Origin: Octopus bimaculoides
Taxonomy: Eukaryota
Direction of reading: 5' to 3'
Assembly: GCF_001194135.2 (NCBI RefSeq)
Contig: NC_068998.1
Span: forward strand, 34,042,117-34,099,524
DNA: 57,408 nt
The translations under genes and the position numbers were made by a program. Below the pieces are notes generated by a model. The model saw only the letters and a list, made by a program, of their open reading frames with translations, was not told the origin of the DNA and searched no databases. This document shows positions 47,887 to 57,408 of this stretch, one piece after another (position 1 is the stretch's first letter; each line of letters starts with the position of its first letter).

Positions 47887-49899
47887 GTAGTATTTGTCCC
47901 AGTTTCTTATGTCATGATTTCAAATCCAACTGTGGTTAATTTAACAGCAGGTATAATCCATCTCCTGGATTAATACCATTATCTGTCATTTTTGAATGTT
48001 TTTAGCAAAGACCACTCCATTACAAGCATTTGGGCTTGGCGTCCAGTTTGTAGTTACTTCCCTTCCATGTTCTTTTCAGAGGCTCTATAGTCATGGGTAC
48101 CGTCTTTCTTTCTTGATTAAGCAATAACAAACAATCAGTCTCTCCACTATTATGGAAAGTGTCAAAACAACAACAACAGCATCTGCCATAAATAAAGCAT
48201 GGCTATTGTTGTTGTTGCTATTGTTTAGCCTTGGGTAAGCCTGTGATTTATGTTGTGATTATGATGTCCTGTTATCAGGAAGAATATCTAAGACTGCATT
48301 TATAAAGTACTTTGTTTTTCAGTCAAGTGAGGGAGATTCAACTGCTATTTGAAACACTGCATAACTATTCAAAGCAGTGTTAGAAAACCCTTCACCTGCA
48401 TTAAAATTTGAAATTGCCAGCTAAAATTTGAAACTCCACTTCTTTACAGTTAGTGTTAAATTAGTGGTGAATTATTTGTTAGGTTTTATTTCTCTTTCTA
48501 TAACTTGCCAGCAAAGTAAAATTATAGAAAGACCAGTTTGCAATGTACAGATCCTTTCTGCTAAATGGAATCAATTCCTTCCATCTACACATCTCACTAA
48601 CAGATTGCTAATGTTTTTCAATAGTAATAGCTTTATTACAACACCTGTTACTTCAAATCAATGTTTTCCCATTGGTTCAAATGACCATTTGTTATTTAAA
48701 AGTGGTAAATCAAACTTTTGGTAGGTAAAGTTTCACTAAGGTTTCACAGAAGTTATCTTCAGTGTATCTAAAGCACATTAACTTATTGGAACTGAAGCTA
48801 GAATCATTAAAGAATTTTAACTGAGCCCTGAAAGCCAGTAATTGTCTCATCAATTCTACAACGAGGAAATTTGAAGGACTCATTAATTCTGTGGTATTTA
48901 TATGCAGCAGTGTGGACTGGGCCATTGATAATCAGGAGTCCCAGCCAAGGACACAGAGCAGCATCAGTATTCGAATGGTGCATAATAAAATCACTTCATT
49001 TTAGCTTGAAAGATTTGCAATTGCAATTCTGCTTTTATAGTTCCATAAAATTGGAATTGCCTCTTCAATAGTTAGTTTCAATATTCAAATAAAACTGTTC
49101 ACAACATTCATGAAAGAAAAAAAATTATCCTGCCAGCATTCCATCCTGGTTTTAATTTAGAGAATTATTTTTGTGCTTGTTTTCTATTTAGATTCTTGTA
49201 GTTACCGAAATATTGATTGAAATGGCATGATTACCAGAAATTTGCATATCTACACAGATGCTCACACAAAAACGCCTCTTACAGGTAGTTTGATGAAACA
49301 ATCTCTGCATTCTGTCTTCTATTGATCTTCTATAATTTCTATTGAAATCAAATAATTAACCTCTTCATCATCATCATCATCATCATCATCATCTAATATA
49401 CTACTACTGTTGCTGCCTTTCTCTCACCCTATCTAACTCCATATCATTGTCGTCGTCATCATCATCATCACCACCACCATCACCACCACCATCATTTTTA
49501 TTATCAACATCAAGGTTCCTAATAGAATTTCAAAATGTGGGGCTATCAAATTAAACATGTTATCATATATTTATTCTATTTTATTCCTGGTCCAGCCTCA
49601 TAAGTGTTTGCATGTGATAGTAATATTAGAATATTAAGCAGGGAGCACGTGGATGAGCAGTTACAGTGGTCATCCAGTATCTACAAAGGGGAAAATGTAG
49701 ATCTTCCTGCGACCATTCTGCATTTTGTTACAACTAATATATTTACTGAGGTAATATATTACAATAATTTTTATGATTAAATAATTATTATCCTAAAATG
49801 CAAGTGTACCCAGTGGCCATCCTTCCATCAGAGTTGTCAGCAGGGTCTAACTTAGTCTGGAGGAAGTGGTAGTACCCACGATCATTGCAGGCCCTATGA

Positions 49900-50609
49900 A
49901 AGTGGTGAGATTGTGGGGTCTGAGTAGTTCAAATCAGTATGCTGTGTCTGGAAGAAGCCCAAAATCACCCTATGGGCCAAGATCCATCTTTTCTGCATAC
50001 TGATTCTGCCTGCCCTCCTCTGCAGCACTGAGATCTGGACCATCCTCAAACAGGACCTGAACAAGCTTGAGGTGTTCCAAATGTGGTGACTTCAATGTAT
50101 CTTTGGTGTCTCTCTACATGACTGAACCCCAACAACAACATCCGAGAACAACGCTAGCAGCAGCCAACCATTGAAAACCAAGTCCAGCAGTAAAAGCTAG
50201 TGGTTTGGCTGCATCTGCAGAATGAGCACCAGAAGACTACCACACTGACTTTTGTGGTGTCAGTGACCCATGCACTGGAGAATTCAGTGCAGCACACCAA
50301 AGATCATATGGGCGAAACAAATTGAGGAAGACCTGAAGTCACAGTGCCTCAACCACGAGCATGCTAAAGCCAGCACCATGGATCAGATAGCATGGAATAA
50401 TATCATCACCAGAGTCCATCTTCCAGTGGCATCCATAGCAGTGTATTGGTTGAGAGGACAGCCCCCTCACTTTAGTTGCCAGCTAGAGATTAAAGAAGAA
50501 GAAGAAGAAGGAGAAGAAGAAGAAGAAGAAGAAGAAGAAGAAGAAGAAGAAGAAGAAGAAGAAGAAGAAGAAAAAGAAAAAGAAGAAGAAGAAGAAGAAG
50601 AAGAAGAAG
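49900..50609 (+). mobile_element. RTE-clade LINE 3' end with (GAA)n tail
   Basis: VWKKPKITLWAKIHLFCILILPALLCSTEIWTILKQDLNKLEVFQMW*LQCIFGVSLHD (from 49946), then PKIIWAKQIEEDLK...MDQIAWNNII; (GAA)n at 50494-50609. Confidence 0.85.
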
Positions 50610-51259
50610 GGTGATGAGAGAAGTGTCCTAGTGAATGTGGTATGAGACAAGACAGCTCCAAAGACCAGAGGCCATTGTAATAGGGATAAGAAAGAGAAAG
50701 AGACAGCATGCTTTACAGACCAGTAGTTTGAGCAATCAGACCAATCCGGCAAGTGATTTTTTCATGGAAGTGGCCTAGGATGTGTGTGCAGTAGTAGTAT
50801 TATACAACATGTGGGGTAATAGTCTATTGTGAAACATACAATAGTAACACTGAACTACAATATATGACTAAATTCTTCTTTGGCAATTTTCAGTTTGGTT
50901 GGAATAAGGCATTTAGGTTGAGCAGAAACAGGTGGTCTACTCATAACAATATAATGTATTGATGAATGTAACAGATTTTTGTTGTTAAAAACTGAACAAG
51001 TAATGGAATGTTAGATGTAGAAGCTGGAATTGAAATATCAACAATACAACCAGTCTTCATTCATTTAATACAATGAATCTACAGATTAGTTGCAGTATAA
51101 ATTAATTTTTCATTTTTAAATCTACCACAAGGACAAAACAGATGAAGAAAACCAGCATTGAGAATTCGATATGGAAGATTTGCTATGATGTAAATCTATT
51201 TGAAAGCACAATGTAAATTCAAGTTTACTGGCAGAAATTTTTCTCCATAAGAGAATTAT

Positions 51260-51700
51260 TCAAAATAATTCACTATTTGCAAAGTAATCTGTGTTGGCTG
51301 TGTATCTCGTATGAAACTATAAGACCAAATATTGCATTCTGCACCAGTATCTACTAGAAGGCAAGCATTCAAAGAGTAATAAAGACCATAATAAGCAACA
51401 TAGTAGGGGTTTTGTTGCTTAGAAATATTGAAAAGAACACGGTAGTATACTGCACTGAGCATTTGAAACAAATCTGTAGTGATGCTAACATTGTGAAGAC
51501 TTTCTCCTACCAGACGTAGGAGTGCCAAATTCCAAGTCTGTAAACCTGAATGCATAGAGAAATGAGATCTTTCCAGGAGCTCCATTTTTTGTATGAGTTC
51601 CTAGATTTTGTCTTCCTTGGACTTACAGAATATTGCAAGCTTGGAAGATATTGAAGAAATATAAGAAATATAATTGGAATTAAAACTACCAATTGGTTCA
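51260..51700 (-). mobile_element. Gypsy-type LTR retrotransposon gag-protease remnant
   Basis: LLVDTGAECNIW aspartic-protease motif (DTGA at 51340-51351), followed by TQITLQIVN; upstream IFLQYLPS resembles gag LFLQRLP. No LTRs seen. Confidence 0.55.
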
Positions 51701-54539
51701 CAAAGTTGCAGTGTCTTCTGTCCATAGTAGTGGGGCAGAAAAAGCTATCACCACTTGTAAGGCTGGAGATAGAATATCAGGAAATGGAGGCAACATGGCA
51801 AGAAAAATAACCTTTTTATATTAATTATTTACACTGTGACAGGAATGAATGATTTAAAAACACACAGTAAAAATAACATAAGATGCATATGCAGAAAAAA
51901 ATATTTCATACAGACATATCAGACCATGGTGAGCCAGCAGGAAACAGCAGCCAAAAGCCATTAACAGGATTATATGTATAGAAAGACATTGTGTGCAGAA
52001 TCCATTGTGCAGTACTTAGTATGTATAGCCAGTTTAGTTGTGTTATTGTTGTTTAGAGTTTCCTTCTTTTCTTCAACAGATCACTTCAGCCACATCACCA
52101 ATCTTTAGAGAAGTATTCTCTCATCTAGGGTCATCAATTTTAGTGTGATCATTAGTCATATATGTTTCTTAGGGTGGGCTCAAGTTAGGAAGGTTTTGTG
52201 TGTAGGCAATGACCACACTGAAGTTTGAGGTTTTAAATATTTTATTAACCTGCATCATTATATTGACAAATGTACATTCAATAAATCAATGTTCAATGAA
52301 CATAATGGTTAAGAATCTTCTGCATATAACTTGTTGGATAGTGTAATGAAGTGCAAGGAAATTAATCACTGCATATAATTAATATGTGTTACTGGACATG
52401 TCAAGTAAAGGTTAGTGCCTTTTATTGACTACGACATAGGCATGTTACTTGAAAGTGAAAGATAGCAAGAGAGACTGACTCAATGAGACAAACGATATAG
52501 ATTCCCCTAGATAGCTTCACAACTCTTTGATCAAATTGAATTTGCCAAGTCGTTTTATAGCTCTTAACCATCCTTCTACAATCTTTAGCCAAACCGTTTG
52601 GTGGGAAATCTTGCACACTTCTTTCAAAGATTGCTGTCTCAAACAAACTAAGTTGGTTAGTGCTAATTAGTTGAACTATATCTGCATAAGTGTTCATACA
52701 TTTTATGGTGACACTTTCTTTATATGGAAAAATATATTAGTTCATGGATATGGACTGGAAAAATTTGAGAGCTTTCATTCAAATCTAAGCTGGAGTCTCA
52801 CTACATTGTAGATAGAGAAGACAGCAGCAATTTGTAAAAGACTTCTGTGTATCTGTTTAGAATTAGTCATGTTCTTTTTCCAAGAGCATTAGAGGAATAA
52901 GAGATTAAATATTGTTTCAACAAGGAACATTGTAGTAGTGTCTTGTCAGATTACCAACTAATACAACTTACTAATCACTGAACATCATATTATTCATGAG
53001 TGTAACGTTGAGGTAACAAAAGCTTTGGGTTTGTTACATCTTATGTAACAAGCGTTACTTTGCTATGAAACAATCATAGTCCATGTTTTACCTGTTGCAC
53101 TCTTTGCATTTTGTATGCACACACACACTAATATTGAGCAGTAAAAATGAGTGACCAACATCACGTCGGTGGATAAATTTTTCTTTTGGCAGGGGATTAA
53201 CAAGGCAACTAATAGCTCCATATGAAATTATTTTCTCAGGTACTCAAACACACATGAAAGTGTTGGTACTCATCTCCATTTTGGATGAGAATACATAAGT
53301 TACATGAAACTGAATGGGATTTCATAATAAATACACTAATCATGAGAGGTAACTTATAAGAATATCTTAATTTTTATCTCCCTTGCAAAATTTTTGCAAG
53401 AAATTGCATTCATCATAGATTAATTAACTCTCACATAAGATTTTGCAAAAATCCAAGATGGTAGCAATCTGGATATTGAACATAGCTATTTCCCTAATGG
53501 CGACAGAATCTCATCTCCTTTCCTGCTAATTTATTTTTACTTTTGTTAGGTTTCTCTAAGGCTTCCTCACTGGAAATTACTTCTTTAATTTTTCAACATA
53601 TTCATCAGCAAGCATTCCCACAAGTCAGCTTTAAACTCTTCTGTTATGACCTTGAAGATGCTGAGTACTGAGCCCTGATGACATATATCTTCATGCTAAA
53701 TTTCTCACTGAACTCATTGCCAATTCTTACCTTGCTGATATTATCTAAATAGACGACTTGCATGCTCTCACAAAACATTCATTTATGCCTGTTTATTTTA
53801 GTAACTACTCTTTTACAATCAAATTCTAATGGTGGCTGCTTAGTTTTCAATCTTCAATAATGCATTACATAAGTACCAGTCATTCCCTTGGGTGTTACCA
53901 ATTGCTAGCACTATATTAACAACTAATATATGGCCTTGAACCAGTGTAAATATTCTTATTCCCATAATACTACAAACAGACTTCCTGCAGAAGTGTTTCT
54001 ATATTTCACATTCTCTTCACTGCTAGACATATAACATTGCTATACAAACATGTGACAAATATCATAAACACACTTCATAAAGATTCAGATGTTAATTAAA
54101 GATTGATACAGTTTCTAAGAGATAAGGAAAACATTTTATCAAATTAGAATGGAGCCACAATATTAGTGTTACTGCATTTAAGAACCAGGTGTTTCCTATA
54201 TGCATTCTTTTATTAGCAAAGAGACAGATATAACAGGCAATTATCTGCAGAAAGAGAACTTTTGTTCTTTTGAAAGAGAAAGACATATTTCTTTTTCCTA
54301 ATCTGATTCTTCTAAGAAAAAAAAAAAATTAATAAATAAAAATAAAGTAAACCTGATTGTTACTAAATGTGTTACTAGGTTAAACTGAAGTACAGTAGAG
54401 AAGCAAGTGAAAAATCAGTTTTGGCATGCAATGATATTTTTTATGATTTCTCTGGCTTTATTTGTATTTTTATTTTTTTGGTTCCTTTAAAAGTTTTCTG
54501 TGAAATAAAGGATTATATACCTTGTATTTACATTCAATT

Positions 54540-54550
54540 TCCCTTTCTCC

Positions 54551-54590
<40 letters not shown>

Positions 54591-54593
54591 TTA

Positions 54594-54635
<42 letters not shown>
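54540..54635. repeat. (CT)n microsatellite
   Basis: Direct inspection. Confidence 0.95.
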
Positions 54636-54813
54636 CCTGTTGCACACTCTCACTATCATTTTCTTTTAAGTGGGAAATCAAATTTTGTGGATGTTAGTTC
54701 AAATTAACTGTGAAAAAATTTAGTCCTATATGCTACAAAACACACGCACACTCATACATATATACATCTGTTGACTCACTAGAAGTGATAAATTACAGGA
54801 CTCAACACAAAGT

Positions 54814-55060
54814 ATCTTTTATCTTTCATCTTTTACTTGTTTCAGTTATGAGAATGTGGTCATACTGAGGCACCACCTTGAAGAAATTTTAGTTGAACAA
54901 ATTGATCCCAGTACATTTAAAAAAATTTTGTTAAGCCTGATACTTATTTCATTGGTCTCTTTTGCCAAACCACTAAGTTACAGGGACATAAGCATATCAA
55001 CACCAGTTCTCAAGCGATGGTGGGGGACCAACACATACATGAAGTCACACACACACATTA
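54814..55060 (-). mobile_element. SINE family A, 3' half only
   Basis: TCTTTTACTTGTTTCAGT...GGTCTCTTTTGCCAAACCACTAAGTTACAGGGAC...CAAGCGATGGTGGGGGAC; ends at the internal (AC)n. Confidence 0.85.
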
Positions 55061-55099
55061 AAACATATATCATAAAAGGATTAATTAAAGATTTTGGAA

Positions 55100-56095
55100 A
55101 ACAACTTTTTTTCTGTCATGTGCATACAAGGCATTAACTGTTCATTTCTTTTGTTCCAACTATCAATGCCTTGAGTCAAACTTCTCAGTTTTTCACTCAA
55201 ACAAACGTTACACCACATCTTTGATTTAAAGTTCTCTATCCTGTAAGTTCTGTTGTCTACAATATACCAGGTAATTTTGAATTCATTAGGACTTGTATCA
55301 TGCAAAAATCATATAAACGCTGATGCACATTTTCTGTCGAGGCCAAGAAATGAATGTTTCTGCTTGTAATAATGGTTTTTGAGTGTGCACCAAAATGTTT
55401 TAGATTGATCACTGCTGTTTGATACAACCTTTTCATTGTATACTATCAACTTTGCCAGACAGTTACTGTCTAGTGGACACTTCTTGTGGATTCTGAGGTT
55501 GCATGATCTTTGTTGGTTAGCTGTTTGCATCTCTCTTTTATTCATCTTTGTAGCATTATAACCTCTGATATAATACAAAATTTTTCCAAGCTAAATAGCT
55601 AACCTTAACACAATTCCTATTCAAGATTTTTCTATACTTATGCCCCTGCAGAAAATGGTGATCTATTAAATCAAGAAATTCACTAGGTTAAATACTGGGT
55701 TGTACCATAAAATATTCCTTTTCTTTCTACTACTATTCTTATGTTGTGTATTTCCAGTGTTTTTATGTATCTAATCTTATCAGAGAACCCACTATTTCTA
55801 TGCACTTCATTATAATACCCAGCTGCACCCATAAAAGCATCTTCATTAGAATATAATGAAAATATATTTTTTACTAATTTTGTTAACCAAGTTCCTCAGT
55901 ACACAAGGTGGGTGATTCGATTGTCTATGCATATACAGTAACTTCTCATTTGGGTTGTGATATGGTCTGAAACTATCATAGTCCAGTCTTAACTTTGCAT
56001 CAAGAAAATTAAGAGCAATAAGGCTTCTATATATAGTAATGTTAAGTCCTATTTCCTGAAATATTTTAATCAAGTCTTTCCTAAATCTATCTAAC
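55100..56095 (-). mobile_element. Penelope-like element remnant (RT thumb, linker, GIY-YIG), Naiad-type
   Basis: NFLDAKLRL...RPYHNPNEKLLYMHRQSNHPP, a RNILWYNP-like segment, ILNRNCVKVSY, CNLR...CPLDSNCL...IVY, KITW.I, CNVCLSEK, NKRNE...CMH; several frameshifts. Confidence 0.85.
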
Positions 56096-56505
56096 TTATG
56101 ATTTCACTAACCTAGGCTCCATCATATGCTCCCATGGACACACTGAATAATTCGTTCCCACTTTTCTTAGCCCATATGTTGTTATTGAAAACCAGGAGTG
56201 ATTTTCTTGACTGCATATGTGTGTGTGTGTGTGTGTGTGTATTATGTAGTCTTTTATGATTGCATCAAATAAATAAAATTCTACCAAAACAGCTGTTGTA
56301 AATTTTAGATGCCATTTGTTTATTTTACATACATGCATCACACCAAGGACCCCCTCTGATTTGGATCTATGGTTTAAATTGGACTTGGTGCTTACATATT
56401 TATAGTATCCAATGAATGCTTGAGGTATTCAATGATGTTTATTTCAATGGCAGCTCTATGTTAATGTACCTCTCTATTTCTGGTATCCTACAGGCTGATT
56501 CTTAT

Positions 56506-56507
<2 letters not shown>

Positions 56508-56580
<73 letters not shown>

Positions 56581-56589
56581 CGTGTGTGT
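56508..56589. repeat. (CT)n(AT)n microsatellite
   Basis: Direct inspection. Confidence 0.95.
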
Positions 56590-56815
56590 ATATGTTTGCG
56601 TGTCTATGTTTGTCCCCCCAACATACATCACTTGACAACCGATGCTTGTGTGTTTACGTCCCTGTAAATTAGCAGCTCGGCAAAAGAGACTGATAGAATA
56701 GGTACTAGGTTTACAAAGAATAAGTCCTGGGGTCAGTTTGCTTGACTAAAGGCAGTGCACCACCATGGGTGCAGTCAAAAGACTGAAACAAGTAAAAAAA
56801 AAATAAAAAGAAAGA

Positions 56816-56817
<2 letters not shown>
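56590..56817 (+). mobile_element. SINE family A, 3' half only
   Basis: TTTGTCCCCCAAC...CTTGACAACCGATGC...GGCAAAAGAGACTGATAGAATAGGTACTAGG...GACTGAAACAAGTAAAA. Confidence 0.9.
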
Positions 56818-56852
<35 letters not shown>

Positions 56853-57372
56853 TATCAAAGGAGAATTCACAAAAAAAACAACAGAAAACGAAGACAGGTG
56901 GTGTACACAACAAACAGATGTATTAGTTTAACGCTCGGGAAATATATATATATATATAGAGAGAGAGAGTGAGTAAACAGATGAGATCAAGAGATTCTCA
57001 TCACAGAAAACACCTAGTAGTGCTCAAATGATTTCAACTCACACTCCAAAACCTCTACTGAAAGCCATGACTATCAGAGGAATCTAGGTGAGCAGATATG
57101 GCGATAATGATGCAAATGAACAAATAAAACTATTTGGCTTAGATATACAAAATATATATACATGTATACAGAGAAAAAGCAAAGACTGAAGACATTCAGT
57201 AACATCTGTCGAACTTGTGACACCATAACTTCTTTTCTTCCTTTTAATTTTCTACGACGAGGCAGTCCCATGGCTTTCTAAACTTTTAATTTTCTCTGTC
57301 TCTGTTTCTCTGTGCAAGTTTGTTCTGTTAATATATAAATATCTATTTATTTATTCTTGAATATTTATCATC

Positions 57373-57408
<36 letters not shown>

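Noticed and set aside
48810-48856. IDETITGFQG resembling the piggyBac VDE...F.GR motif
   Set aside because: It is followed by a stop, with no other piggyBac motifs and no TTAA-flanked TIRs found.
1174-56667. Many 60-300 aa ORFs made of YI, CV, HT, LS, poly-I/E/D/T or X runs
   Set aside because: They are translations of microsatellites or N gaps, not genes.
1-57408. A single multi-exon host gene linking the candidate exons
   Set aside because: The candidates fall on both strands, their phases do not chain, and no joined peptide is recognisable; transcript data are needed.

Overview
AT-rich (roughly one-third GC by eye), microsatellite-dense eukaryotic genomic DNA with six assembly gaps. I recognise the SINE sequences from memory as octopus-type, so this is most likely a coleoid cephalopod (Octopus) scaffold; that is recognition, not a database search. 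No intact protein-coding gene, rRNA, true tRNA or CRISPR array can be supported, and most ORFs in the track are translated microsatellites or N-runs. The window is mostly decayed mobile elements. There are at least nine fragments of R4/Dong-like LINEs (RT, CCHC knuckle, PD-D restriction-like endonuclease) from several subfamilies, stacked at (TAA)n tracts. It also holds an RTE-clade 3' end, an RNase H-bearing LINE remnant, a Penelope-like (Naiad-type) RT-thumb/GIY-YIG remnant, a Gypsy gag-protease remnant and a mariner 3' half. One complete non-autonomous DNA element has TIRs, an 8-bp TSD and telomere-like repeats (Merlin-like), and several SINE families recur. The best leads for a second look are a strand-biased, pre-miRNA-sized hairpin at 237-354, the serial (TAA)n-anchored LINE stack at 24.7-27.5 kb, the Merlin-like MITE and the Naiad-like PLE. 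Several splice-bounded candidate exons of unknown genes are reported at low confidence. I did not find a demonstrably new biological system. Most element boundaries are approximate (+/-10-30 bp).
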